From Cystobasidiomycetes sp. EMM_F5 (taxonomy: Eukaryota), in NCBI GenBank assembly GCA_051047955.1, contig JBPGPT010000013.1:248001-312000 (forward strand): a stretch of 64,000 nucleotides of DNA, written 5' to 3'. Shown piece by piece: positions 23,619-36,425 of the stretch (positions within the stretch are counted from its first letter, which is position 1; each line of letters starts with the position of its first letter). Both the position numbers and the translations under genes were made by a program. Below the pieces are notes generated by a model. It did not search any database, had not been told where the DNA came from, and worked only from the letters and a program-made list of their open reading frames with translations.

Positions 23619-25853
23619 TTACGACGAGTGGCGATGGCCAAAGTGACGCTTTGACCTCCCGGATCCGGCCTGATACAAAGTGAGAGCCTGTCTGCCCCCG
23701 CAATTCTCGGTTTCTGCAACAATTACGACGTCAGCTATGTTTATTGCACCAGCACCATGCGGCCTTACCGCTGCCGGAGCAGAGCATGCCACATTGAACA
23801 GGGTCTATCTTCTTGAGGGAATTGCCACTGCTGACGGAGTTTCCACTGAAGTCATTTCATTAGCGAGGTTTCGATGGCGGAAGAATATAATTCGACACTT
23901 ACCAGTAGCACTCGACAGCATATTCGGTGCCAGCCCTGAATGCACGGCTGTCAACTTCAGAAATTACCTTTTCTAGTCATTACATTTGACGTACATAGAG
24001 TAGCCCTTGGATGCGCAGAACTGGGTACACTTCTGACCAGTCATGCCTGTGTCATCTGTGTACTTTGCTCCTCCGAGTAAGCGCCCGTTGCTGCCCTCCG
24101 CATAGCACTATACAATCAAATTTAGCTTTGTACAAACGATTAGTAACGAGACCATATACTCACACCCAAAGTTTTGAATCCGGAAGCAAGCGTAGAGTTC
24201 GGACTGATGAAGCTCGGCGTGGGTATATTGCAGTTACAGGAGGGCTTGGGACCTGTTCCGATCCAGGGTGGATTATCGCCCAGCAGCTTAGGGATAGGGT
24301 TGGTGCGGCCGTAGTCCTCATTGATGACTGTAACGAGTGATTAGTCATACTGAGCTGTCAATTTCTTGTTAGAGACGTACTCGGTGAACCGATTCGACAA
24401 GCCTTTCCTTTATCTTCGTTGTATGTAGGCTTGAACGCCGAGCAGTCTTTGACTTGCATGTCGCTCTTGCAGTCTATGATAGCCTTGGCTAATACTGTCG
24501 TGTCCCATTGACTGATAAAGTCCGCTGAAGAAGCTTCGCATCAGACTGTGATCAATTGTGAGCTGAGATACAGTAAATATACCATGAAAACCGAGTCCGG
24601 TAGTATCGCCGAAGCTGAAGACTAGGCCATTTTCGCGGTAGGGGAATTGCTCGGTGTGAAATTGGAAGGCATACTCGAGTGTGAGGAAGCGCTTCGGGTG
24701 GGTCGACGGGCAATATCCGCGATCAGGGTCTCCAATCGGCCATGCCGTGTGCGTGAGATCTGGCTTCATCAGATTCTTGCCATCCCCTGTCACGCAACTA
24801 TTGCATTAGCAATTTCGCTGCAACTTTGCTAGTCGGATAGGCTCACAGCAAGACGGGAAGGTGATCTTGGCGTACAGGCCTTGCGAACACGCATGAGGGT
24901 AGAAGTCTAGACGATTGGATTCACCTGTAGTGGAAAAGGCAGCAAGATGTAGGCCTCAGGCAATTAAATAGGATGATCAAATGTCTCTAATCACTTACTA
25001 GATCCCCCACATCCATAGCTAACAGCTAGGTCGCGTACATTGGATCGATCAATGGTGCGCCTGTTGGAGCCGGACTCAGCTTTTGGCAATACATGACTGA
25101 CCAACATCGCACTCGCCTAAAAGGATAACCAGCTACTACCTGCAAGCCCAAGGGATAGGGGATGAGAGTCTCATTCGATTGAGCTCGAAAGTTGTACGAG
25201 ATGCGTAAGGCTAATAATGCGGGTAAGCCAGGCGATCGCCACGAAACACGCAAAAGACAGCTTACAGCTCTCGACGAGGGAGAACGAGCCGTTTGGCCAC
25301 TGATAATACATGGCGGGATACCAATATGCTTAGAAGCAAAGGACAGTGAAGCAGTATAAGCCTTATGCTGGTACCGGGAAGTTGGAAGACAGCTTACAGC
25401 TTTTTTTCGCGAGAAAGGCATCCCATCAATTCAGCAAAGAGAACATAGTAGTTAAGAGCTGGCGCATATCAGGGTTTGTGACGGTAGCTGACCTGAGATC
25501 TGCTCCTATGCCAGTTGTTGTGCATGTGGACTTGGCCTGAGCGCTCGCTGAGTACGTGGGGGTGAGAATGTTTGCGCCGTGGAAGATGTGGGTGTGGCTA
25601 CCTCACAGAATCGTCAGATGTATACTCGACAGCGTTCGCATCGGATATTGCCAACTCACTTTGATACGGCGCCTGGTTGCATGACGGGGCTGGGCATGGA
25701 GCATCATGAGGACGCGATCTAACGATTGTGTTGGGCTGGTACAGCTCACTCTAGACGTTGATATACGAGCGGGTCGCTATACGTCCAGAAGTCGGCTCGA
25801 ACAGACTGCAGCAGCATTACAGCACCCGCGGCCAGCGATAGATGGGCCAGCAT
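23619..25853 (-). CDS. Secreted DUF1996 plus C-terminal WSC domain protein, paralogue 1
   Basis: Signal peptide MLAHLSLAAGAVMLLQSVRA. DUF1996 motifs QRLD..PVMQPG, HTHIFHG, AYWYPAMYY, PYPLGL, FPSC, WPIGDPDRGYCPSTHPKR, FSFGDTTGLGFHG-DFISQWD. WSC CYAEGSNGRLL...CTQFCASKGYSMAGTEYAVECYCGN...CGMLCSGSETENCGGRQALTLY. Confidence 0.88.
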
Positions 25854-26609
25854 GTTCGTGAAGTGTCGGAGGTTTGAAGGCATGAGTGTGGGATGAGAAG
25901 ATTAAGGACTGTGACTGCGAGAGAATGTGGATTGAACACTTTCAGTATCGCGTGCGGTAGGGGTATTCTGGAATTAGCAGAAGCAAGGTGTGAGTTCGCA
26001 AGAGGCCTTAAATCAATAAGGAAGCGGTTATCGAAAGAATATGTGTGAACAGATGACACGAGAAGGTGTCAGATGGTTTACGTGCTCGGTCATGCAGGCA
26101 TCAGTGCGTTTCGCAGCCCCGCCAGCAGAAGACGACCGCGAGCGGACCGGGACTGAGAAGGTGGTGCGTATGAAGCCTGTACATTCCACCGTAACTGTGC
26201 ATATGGATTGATATTAATAGCAGCTTTGCAGTGACGGCGCCAGCCATCCGCAAGTCATCTGGCAGGCTCTCAGTCAGGGTTTCTGTGGTTGACTTCCGAA
26301 CTTCTGGCAGCAATACGACGGATGAGCGTGCATGCCTGGCGTTCATCATTCGACAGATCGATACATCTCATTGTTTTTAATCAGTTAAGCTGCAAGCCCG
26401 CGACCGAATGTCGCACTGTAGCTGAAAGCCATTGCCGCGGCGAATACGGCGAGCGAAATATATGCAAATTACTATACGAAACTGAACGAAACATGTTAAG
26501 AGAGTCGCTGAATGCTAACACTATCCGGATCTGCTTCCAAACCCATTCTCCATTCCTTCCGCCCTGCGGAGCTTGACGCGCACCCCGCCCTTGAAGCCTC
26601 TATCCCGCA

Positions 26610-28810
26610 TTATACATAACGATGGATGAGTTGTCGACGCTGATACGACCACGCAGGCGCATTTCGAGAAGAGATCGTCTTACGATAGACATTGAGCGAG
26701 TTTGAGCCTCCGCAGCTTTCGGTTGCTACTTTGCCGACATCAGCTTCAGCGATGCGACGAAGAACTTCCCCCCTCACGATTACCCCAGCATTTGACATTA
26801 CACGCCAACGGATCGATGGTAGTCATGCTAGTCCCGGCAGTGAAAGAGTTTGCGCTTTAGATCAGAGGAAATCAGTTACGTCTTCGAAACGAAACTGTGG
26901 GACGCGACTGACCAATAACAATTGACGGACGCTTCTGTGCCAGCACTGTCACGTTGCCGGAGACATATCACAGCGACTCGCATCAGCCAGATTCTCGAAA
27001 TCCAGAGCTAACCCTAACGACGCCTACATTGTAAAGCCTCTGGCGGCACAGAACGCCGTGCAAGCCTGACCACTCATGTTGATGTTATCCGTATATTGCG
27101 CTCCACCAAGAAGTCGCTGGGAATCCCAGTCTCCATAGCACTGTTCCATCTAGGTCAGCTTGCAACTTTCCGCTTTATGAACGAAGTATACTAGCATTAT
27201 CGAATTTGAATCCGGTAGCAAGCGTAGAGTTTGGACTGACAGGGCTCGGCTTCGGAATGTTACAGTTGCAAGATGGCTTGGGTCCAGTACCCGTCCAGAC
27301 GGGATTATCGCCCAGCAGCTTGGGTATAGGATTTGCGCGGCCATAGTCTTCCTTGGTGACTATAGACAGCCCTCGTATCCGTGAGCAATAGCAAATATCG
27401 ACTTGGTACGGTAGTTACTGACTATCAGACTTGATGCGGCACGCATCTGCCATCTTTTGGCTGAATGATGGTGTGAGCGCCGAGCATCCCGAAGCATGGG
27501 TATGCGAGCGACAGTCGCTAATCGCCTTGCTGAGAATGTTGGTATCCCACTGGCTGATAAAGTCCGCTGCTCTCCTCACATTAGCCTTCTAAATTCCCCA
27601 GTTGCTGAAAGTAGATAGACCGCAGATGCAGGACATACCATGGAATCCTAGACCAGTTGCGTCGCCAAAGCTGAATACGAAGCCATTTTTCCGATACGGG
27701 AAGATTTGCGTCTCAAATTGGAATTCGTACGATAGCGTGAGGAAGCGTTTAGGATGAGTAGCAGGGCAGTGGCCTCGAATTGGGTCGCCAATGGGGTACG
27801 CTACGTGAGTGAGATCGGGTTTCATCAAATTCTTGCCATCCCCTGTCCATGATTGTTTTAGCTTGCAGACACCAAACAAATGGTATGGCTGTATGTAACT
27901 CACAACACGCTGGAAATACAATCTTGGCAGCCAGAGGCTCTGGACATGCGTAATCGGGAAAGTCGAGGCGCTCTGCATTTCAGACACGATGTTGGAGTAT
28001 GTTAGTCTTGGGGTGCAGACTGCAGTTCCACCGCAACGTTCACCCACCATCATCTCCGCAATAGTAGGTGATCGCTAAATCCATCACGTTATTACGATTG
28101 ATAGTGCGTCTGCGATGGGATGCGACTAAAAGTCAAATCTATGCCCACAGCAAATGAAGTAGTCGAGTTTTACTCGCCTGAAAGGGTATCCGGCGACCAT
28201 CATCAAGCCTTTAGGGTAGGGTATGATAGTCTCGTCCTGCATCTCCTTTTGACGATAGTAGAACTGGACGTCTATATAGTATAATAATAAATCAGCCCCA
28301 TTTCCCCCTTATACGCACTAAATAAGCGCCCTACAGCTCTGTACGAGCGAGAAGGAGCCGTTTGGCCAGTTATAGTACATGCTCGGATACCAGTACGAGG
28401 ACAACTGATCTCTCTCCCGTCAGTATCAATCAGACTGAAACGCGGATGCTCCCAAGCTCACATCTGCTCCTACGCCCAGAGTACTGCAGGTAGACTTTGC
28501 TTGTGCCGATGCAGAATACGTGGGAGTCAGTATGTTTGCTCCGTGGAAGATGTGAGTGTGATTGGAGGTTCTTGCGCCTGGTTGCATGACGGGGCTGCAA
28601 TTTCGAAAGCAGCGTAGACAGACGTCGGGATGAAGGAGGAGCACGCGTAGTGAGTGAGTGAAAGCGTGACGATGCCGAGTGATACAATTTGACTCACTCT
28701 AGTCGTTGAATGACCAATGGCTCGCTTGCCATCCAAAAGTCTGCATTGACCAGCGGCATCACAGAGATGACTGCTACAGCCGCGAGCAGAGACGCGGTAG
28801 AGGCCAACAT
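26610..28810 (-). CDS. Secreted DUF1996 plus C-terminal WSC domain protein, paralogue 2
   Basis: Signal peptide MLASTASLLAAVAVISVMPLVNA. HTHIFHGANILTPTYSASAQAKSTC identical to paralogue 1; SYWYPSMYY; WTGDGKNLMKPDLTH; FSFGDATGLGFHG. WSC CYGDWDSQRLL...CTAFCAARGFTIAGTEASVNCYC...CNVKCWGNPTESCGGSNSLNVY. Confidence 0.86.
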
Positions 28811-29220
28811 AGTAAGGGCGAAGAGAGCGTAGATGGGAACGGGATACAAGAGCGAGCACGGATCGATACAAGGGAGTGTGGAGATGTGGATATGTTGGGT
28901 GAAAATGCGCGGTCGAGTCAGTGCAGTTAGCAGGGAGAGAGAGGAGAGAGTAATGGATTAACAGAGTGTGCTGATTAGCGAATGTCAACTGAGCTCTGAT
29001 GATGACTGCGAGAATGCCGAGAAGAGGTACGCGAGTGACCCGGAGCGTCAAGGTGGACGAGAGTGATGGGATGGTCAGCGGAGTGAATGTCAGCTCGGTA
29101 TGAGGTGTGTATGGCCATGCAGTGTCGAGTCTGTGAGCGTGTTGTCGCTGTGAACGAGTCTTTCTCGCACTCTTCTTGCATGTCGCGTCGAGGTGTACAC
29201 ACCTGATTGGATGGAGGATT

Positions 29221-29257
29221 GAGCATTACGAGCATTACGAGCATTACAATGAGCATT
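29221..29257. repeat. 9-bp tandem repeat (GAGCATTAC)x3 plus a partial copy
   Basis: gagcattac gagcattac gagcattac aat gagcatt, in the divergent intergenic region between DUF1996-WSC paralogue 2 and the GT90 gene. Confidence 0.85.
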
Positions 29258-29459
29258 CCAATGCATCAACACCGTCACACTCGCAGTTGTATGAATGCTT
29301 TCCCGTGTTTCACTTCCATTGGCACTTTCCGCGTCTCTGACCTGATCCACAACAAAGATATTATATCTGACCGTACACCGACACAACGCAGCACACTACA
29401 CACGATACAACGACACACACACACCAACATTACAATATACCTGCTCTGAACGGCCTAGC

Positions 29460-32400
29460 ATGGGCGGGCCGGGCGACCCACCGCAGCAGAGGGCGGTCGA
29501 GGAATCCGAGCTGCCATTCCAGCGCCAACCACGTCTAAACGGCTACGCAAACGGGCATGTCCATGACCATGATGAGGATGATGATAATGACCATGACGCT
29601 GCGACACCGCTCATGTACCCCGTCGTAAACACGCGCGATCCATCGACGACCACCTCGAGCAAACCTCAACACGCTGCGATAAAGATGGCTGACGGGCACG
29701 ATACTCTGCACTACACCGCGTCCCCGTACAACCAGTCGAGGAGGAGGTCTGCGTCAGTCCAGATCCAGTATCCCCCGTCATCCTCAATACCCGCATCGAC
29801 CTCGCTGTCCCAGTCGCACTCGCATCCAGTCCATCCAAACACTGCAAACTCGCCCGCGACGGCTGAAAAGGGCATGTTTGAGCACAGAGCCTCAGTGACG
29901 ACGTACAGCAACCATCCGCTGTCTGCAGTCGACGAGGTAGACTTGCAGGGCGCAATCCCCGGAACCCCCGCGCCCTTCCATCTACACGTCTCGAGATCAG
30001 ATCAGGTCGAGCCGCCCATGAGGAGTCCGTCCCTCACAAAGCCATTTGTACGCAATCCCCACATTCCATCGCATCATTCCCCAAATTCAGCCTCCCCGTC
30101 CTCGTCCTCGTCGCGCTTTGGAAAGAATGGCCTCGTAGCTCTCTTTCTCGGCAACAGCAGTCCGTCCTCATCCCTTCCCATCTCTGACAGGCGGCGTAGA
30201 GGGGTAGTGTACGCCATTGCCCTCGTCGGCGGGTGCATCACGTTTGTCGTGCTCCTCATCGTGTTGCTAGCGAGCATATCGTCGTCTGCTCTCCTAGGTC
30301 CGTCGCCCCATGGCGATCCATACGCGGCTGCAAAGGCAGCCAACTCCTTACGACGAGCAGGAAGTCAGGACCCCCTTGGGGATAGTCTGTTACGGAGCAA
30401 CCCCTCGGAACTCTTATCTTCAGCCTTAGCCGACCCCAAAGGATCATTGTATCGGATAGGGGGCTACCTGAGCAACTACCTCCCCTTTCTCGACTCTTAC
30501 ACTGCCAACAATATGCTCATGGGCGGCATGACATCTTCCGCTATTCTTTTTGGCCATCTTGCATCAGGCGTGCACACCCTACACCCTATCCTCCCCATTC
30601 TCCGGCGAGCGCGACAGGCAAACATCGACATGATGGCGCGGCAGAGTACGACGTACGCTCAAGTATGCTCAGCGTACCGCAGAAAGTACAAGCAAAACCC
30701 ACCACCCGGGTTTGATAAATGGTGGTCGTTTGCAAAAGCGAGAAACCATACAATGGTAGACGAGTACGATTCGCTCATGCGGGACGTAGCAAAGTTTGCG
30801 ATACTTTCGCCAGAGCAATTGCAAGAGCGGACACGAACTCTGGCACAACTACCTGGTGTTTCCCTGATTTCGATCAAGGGCGGGCAAGCCCAGATTCACT
30901 CAAAGTCGGGAAAGTGGGCACCAGCACTGGCAATGCAGGAAATGATGAATGCCTTTGTGTCGACACTGCCCGATATGGAGATTGCAATCAACGAAAAGCC
31001 GGAAGGAAGAGTCTTGCCGGGGCGATGGAAGGATGTCAACCTCGATGATTGGGGTGATGAAGATTTCCCGCTCGAGGAGGAATCGCCTGCCAGTGCGTCG
31101 TCTATAGTGCCCAACGGCGAATATTCCGACAGAATCAACTGATATTGACTGACATCTGCCTGTTACCACAGACATTACCGATCCTTTAGCATCCTATATC
31201 ACCAACAATGGCTTCAAGGTAGATTGGCGACGCGATGGATCCGTATGGGAAGCCTTTCGACGTGCCTGTCCGCCAGACTCTGCAGCTCGCCGACTCGTAG
31301 AAGCTGTTCGATCGGCCGAGACGAGCACAAACTCCCGACAGATGCGCTTAGGCGTCGCGTCTGCTGCCAAACAGCAGCAAACAGACGTACGATACCTCTC
31401 TTCCCTCTCGCGACGTAGAGCAGAGTCTTCTGGCGCTCTGCCTCGAACGCGAGAGTTGTCCTTTGCGACAGATGTCGATGCGACATTGGACCTATGCGCT
31501 TGGCCTTCACTGCACTCGCTTCATAGCGCCTTCTTTTCAGACACGCGATCAATTCAACACCTCTATCCTCTCTTTTCGCCTAGCAAGCCATCCGGGTTTG
31601 CAGACTTGCTCATCCCATTTCATCAATACTGGTCGCCTCCGTCCGAAGTGCTGTACGAGAACGAGTATCGCAAAGGCCGTACAAAGGAACCCGCAGATTT
31701 AGATTGGGAGAATAAGGATGACAAGGTGTTTTGGCGCGGTAAGATTACTCGTGGCGCTGATACTCCTGCTGGACATGCCGAGTCATTCCAAAAAGCAAGG
31801 CTCGTTGCACTCGCAAACGATGATGGGTCGACATGGGTCGGTAAGGAAGGCGATCCGAACCGGAAGCGTGTCAAGCCAAAGATTGCGCCACATCGCGTGC
31901 TCGTCACTGTCAATGCTACTTCATCGAGTCTGGTATCCATGTCTGCGCCTGGTCCGAAGATAAACGAATATACAATGGACGTCGCTATGGCGTGCGATGC
32001 TCAGCTGGGCGAATGCGCAGAACAAATCAGGTTGGGTTACAAGGTGACCAATCCGGGTCCCCTCAGTGAAGCGTGGCAGCATCGATACGTCGTAGACCTC
32101 GATGAAGTTGGTCTATCGTCACGCTTTCCTGCCCTCATGGAATCGAAATCCGCAGTAATTCGCTCGTCGGTACAACATGAATTTTGGCAAGACTGGATTG
32201 TCCCGTGGTATCACTACATTCCCCTTTCGACATCGTATGCCGAATTGTTCAACATACAAGCATTCTTCTCCGGTTTCCCGAAAGCGCTACAGAATCGGAG
32301 ATCGACAGCAGCTTCCGCTCCGCAAAAGGATGAGTCTGGTGACGAGTTTGCAGAAACTGAGGACGTGGACGTGTCTATTTTGTCTGGTCCGTCGCAAGAA

Positions 32401-32752
32401 GGGGATGATGGTGCACAGACGACCCAAGCCGGCGAAGTCACTCTGAGATCGGAATCTATCTCGCTCAAGCCTATTAATCCGGCGCACGGCGATTCTTTCG
32501 ATGGCAATCTGGCGCTCAAGGATATAGCCGACGCAGGCTCACAATGGAGAACTACACATATGAGACGGGAGGATATGGAGGTGTGTCCTTCCCTCATGCA
32601 AGCAGGCTGTACTGTCTCGATACTGATTTCCTCCTGTGAAACAGGTATATGTCTTCCGGTTGTTGTTAGAGTACGCTCGGTTGTTACACAAGCCTGCCGA
32701 AGCACCTCAGGCTCGATCTGTCGGCAACACAAACAGTGCCAAGAAGGCATAA
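29460..32752 (+). CDS. Glycosyltransferase family 90 (CAP10/Cxt1-like putative xylosyltransferase), type II membrane protein
   Basis: TM VVYAIALVGGCITFVVLLIVLLA; HPILPIL, YRRKYKQNPPPGFDKWWSFAK, LPDMEIAIN, KVFWRGKIT, HRYVVDLD, SSRFPALM, EFWQDWIVPWYHYIP, MRREDME-VYVFRLLLEYARL. Stop after splicing at 32752. Confidence 0.9.
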
Positions 32753-33388
32753 ACACACTCCGAGCAATCTCGGGATTGTTCGAAAAATGCTCGAATTTCG
32801 CGGGATGCCCGGGAGGACTCTCACTTGAGAGCACTGCCGGAATTCGCATCTTTAGGCCCTTGCCAGCAATAGTGCATAGTCATCGGGCGCGCACTCGCGC
32901 AACGGAATGCCATGGACGGCTTGGATGGCAGTTCTTCAAGGTCGTACAGGGTCTGTGCGCAACCGCAATCGGCAAGCCGTGTCTCTGCCCATACATAGAG
33001 GCCATCGAGAGCAGGATGCAAAGACAGCATGTCATATATTCAGGGCAGTAGAGGTTGGGACTGGTTTAGCACCTTCATTGGTCGCAACCATCAAGAAGGA
33101 GTACAATCAATCGTCATGTCAGCAACGCGCAACTTTGTTTCTCATTAGATATCACGCTCCACCAACAACGACTATGGACGTGCTTGGATAATCATCAATC
33201 GTTATTGTACTATACGTCGTGTAAAAGGCGTAGTGATTTGTATCACTCTTCGTTACTGTCACTTAGTATTATTGTAAAACGTATCGGGCTGGTGTGCCAT
33301 CATTGGTTAAGCTAAAACGAAAGACAAATGCTCTGTGGTATTGTTCACAAAGCTTGACTCTACAGTATGTCCTCACTTGATCCGGCCA

Positions 33389-33991
33389 CTAGACTTTACA
33401 CTTGCGACCTAACTGAATGCAACGGTAGCGGAAGTGATTCAGCACATCATTCTTCCGAACAGCTGTAAAGCCCTGGCTGGTACGTGTCAAGGCAGACAGC
33501 TTTTCATAAAAGGCGACGGATGCAGCAGATACGTCCAGCCAAAACACATCTGCCCATTCAGCATACAGAATCTCATCCTGCTGTTTGATAGGCAGCATTG
33601 AAATGGCCTGTGAGACCTTTTCGTACTTCTTCTTTGCTTCCAGCGTGAGCCATCTCCATGGTGCTTCGCGGACGGCCATGTCATGCAGGTTTTTCGTGAG
33701 GTTGTGCATACTGGGCTCGTCGTACATCGATGCGAGGATAAGCCACACTGGCATGCCCGGTAGGTATTCAGCAAGGGACAGACTACCATCGTAGACGTCC
33801 GCAGGGACTGCGGCAAGACGCAGCTCGGTCACGTAGGTTCTGTATTCAACAGGGAGCACCTTGGGTTCTTCAGAGATAGTCGGAGACGATGGAAGAAGAG
33901 GCTCCTTTTCATCGGAGTAAAGGCTTTGATTGGAAGACCGGCAGCATAGTTGGCTACGCGTGCGTTGTAGCCATTCGGAGAGACGCGTCAT
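33389..33991 (-). CDS. Hypothetical protein, intronless 200 aa ORF
   Basis: Uninterrupted ATG ORF filling the gap between two genes, with globular-looking composition; no family recognised. Confidence 0.55.
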   Translation of the reverse strand: MTRLSEWLQRTRSQLCCRSSNQSLYSDEKEPLLPSSPTISEEPKVLPVEYRTYVTELRLAAVPADVYDGSLSLAEYLPGMPVWLILASMYDEPSMHNLTKNLHDMAVREAPWRWLTLEAKKKYEKVSQAISMLPIKQQDEILYAEWADVFWLDVSAASVAFYEKLSALTRTSQGFTAVRKNDVLNHFRYRCIQLGRKCKV

Positions 33992-34313
33992 ACCGGTTTA
34001 GGAGGACTTTGACGGAGGGCGGCGCTAGTGTGGACGTAGCTAAAACAGGTTACAGCTTGAGCAGAGGCCAGCGTGCAGAGACTGCATGCTGCCCAAGCTC
34101 CAGCGGACATGTTCAGCGTCAATACCGTCAGTTTAGTCAGTCAGGACTGTCCGTCGGCCGCGTCCCGGCTGTGTCTCGAGAGACGCATCTCTCTGATGGC
34201 GAATTTTGGTGGACTTCTCTTTAACCCGTAATCTACATGTAGCCTGTTGCTTACATCCCCATATCGCCCGTGCCTCTGCCCCTATATTCCCTCTACCCGG
34301 CACGGTATTGCCA

Positions 34314-36322
34314 TCATAATTTCGCTTTCGGCGCAGTATTGGCCGGATCTTGTTGTTCCTCGAGTACCCTAACAATCTCATATGCGAGCTCTTTCGGACT
34401 GTCCTGCGCAATGAGATGCTTAGATTTCGGTATGCGGGCATGAGTGGCATGCTTGAGGTCGTAGAATCCAGCGTAGTGAGCTTCAGGAATGGTAGAGTGT
34501 CCAACATCCGCTCTGATAACGTGTATGCTTGTAGTTGGGGGTATGCGATCGAGTCGGTGGAAAGCTCGTATTGATCCTATACAATCAACATCTGCATATA
34601 CATACTGAGCAAAGGGCAGCGTGCAGTGATCAGCCCTAGCAAGCAGCCTAAGAGGGCAACAAGCATCATACTTACCGTTTCCTGCATCCTGTCGCATTTC
34701 AAGAAGGCAGACCCGGTCGCGGGATCCTCGTCCAGCCCGAAAAAAACATAGCGATCCAGGACGGCCTTGTCCCATGATCCATAAAAGCCTTTATTCTTAC
34801 GCATGGATACATGAGCGTCTCTTCTGCTCGCCCAAACATTCTTTCTGAAGATACTCCCGCGAAGCAGTGTTGCAGATCCGTCCCAGCGAGGCGTCCCGAT
34901 CGGGAAGATGGTCGGGTCGACCAGGATCAAGGACTCGAAGAGGTGTGGAAAGGTAGATGCTGCATATGACATTCCTGCACCGCCTACACTATGTCCGACT
35001 AGGACAATACGGCGCCCTCTCCATTTTTGCTGCGGCAGCGGTTTTGACCGGTTGTTGATAGCGGAAGAGGCGGAACCGTCTAGTAACAATGCGTCGGCGA
35101 AATTAACAGGCAAAGGTTGCTTTGGTAGTAGAGTTGGGGTAAAGGTGGTTCGCGGTGTACGAGCCAACGCCTCCTTCTCGCCAAACTTGTTACTATCCGG
35201 CTGAAATCCAGGGACGCTCGCAGTTTTCGAGTCTTCGCTGATCCAACCGCGCACCTGTCGGTTATAGTCGTACTCCTTTCCACCCTTCGTCTCCTCTGTG
35301 CTGGCAGGCGCTGATGTGATAGATTCGAGCACGGCTTCGCGCATGTCGTCTGCCGAAACGTTCCAATGCGATAGGCTTGCATCCTCGGTCGCCCATCGAA
35401 CGGCACCTCGGACTGAGCTTGCAGTCATCTTTACTGCTTCTCTCAGACTCGCTAACGGAGACAGGGGATGTACTTCGGGTAGATAGCTTAGCAGAAACTG
35501 TAGTAAGTCGCGACCATTGTCCGACCAGTCGACTGCGCGTCAGATCACATTCAGGTCAGGTCAGGCCTCGACACGTTGGCTATTCGGTTACGACATACAC
35601 TGGTCACCCAAGGAATGCTTATTCAGGACCCCGCAGTCGCCGTGATTGACCATGTCGAGCGTCCACATCTCCTTGACTGGCCCAAATTTGCCGTTTGCCT
35701 TGGATATGAGGTGAGCTATGGTGGGCTCCCAGGTCTATTAGACGCGTGACAACGTCAGCCGACCACGTCCAACGAGATTGGGCATAGTCAGGGTAGTAAG
35801 CGAGCGTACCTCTTTGTTGAAGCCGTTCGCATGGGCAAAGACTAGCGTCACCGGCTCCTTTGACGACCATGACGTAGTCGCTGGCTTGACTGGGTAGTAC
35901 CTGTTTGCCGTTATCCAGAGCGGCTCTGCGGCGTTACTGTCTGGAGTGGGAGACTCTGAACGGCTCTTGAGATTTCCGACTGCTTCTCGTTTATCGTCAA
36001 TAATGGCATCTGCAATCTTGTCAATCTCGTCCTTTGACATCTTGCCAGACGCAGTCCGAGTACTGTCCGGCGAGCTGCTTAACCGGGTCTTTGACGTGGA
36101 TCTATCCAAAGTCCTCGGGGTCGCTGCTGGAAACATGTACGTTTCCACTGCCCACGCGCTGTAGTCTCTGGTAAATGCGTTGCCAAACGGAGCGCTGGAC
36201 GGCATGAATGACGGGCGGCACGGTAGAAACGCCGACGGAGCTGCAGAGACGTCTAGCTGGTCAGCCTGGAGCGGGACGAGGGGCATGTCCCAGTCAAAGC
36301 CAGCTATGGGCGTGGAAGGCAT
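34314..36322 (-). CDS. Alpha/beta hydrolase (Lpx1-like) with C-terminal PTS1
   Basis: PVTLVFAHANGFNKE-TWEP, WTLDMVNHGD, nucleophile elbow VLVGHSVGG, LILVDP, catalytic His in KHLIAQD; ends ...PKAKL*. Confidence 0.85.
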
Positions 36323-36425
36323 GGCTGGGGGGGTGGTGGAAGTGTCAGATTTATTGATGGTTGGATGGGAGGGGAGTTTTGTTAATGGCAGCTCTTTCCA
36401 TTACTCCATCAACCCAACATCAACC

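Noticed and set aside
23453..23976. ORFs 23453-23722 (-) and 23680-23976 (+) as separate small genes
   Set aside because: The region is explained by the spliced WSC exons of DUF1996-WSC paralogue 1 in another frame.
27008..27018. Telomere-like CTAACCCTAAC
   Set aside because: Fewer than two TTAGGG units inside an intron; expected by chance.
32581..33051. Long Cys-rich C-terminal tail of ORF 31342-33051
   Set aside because: Read-through of an intron starting at 32581; the spliced frame gives the conserved VYVFRLLLEYARL and stops at 32752.
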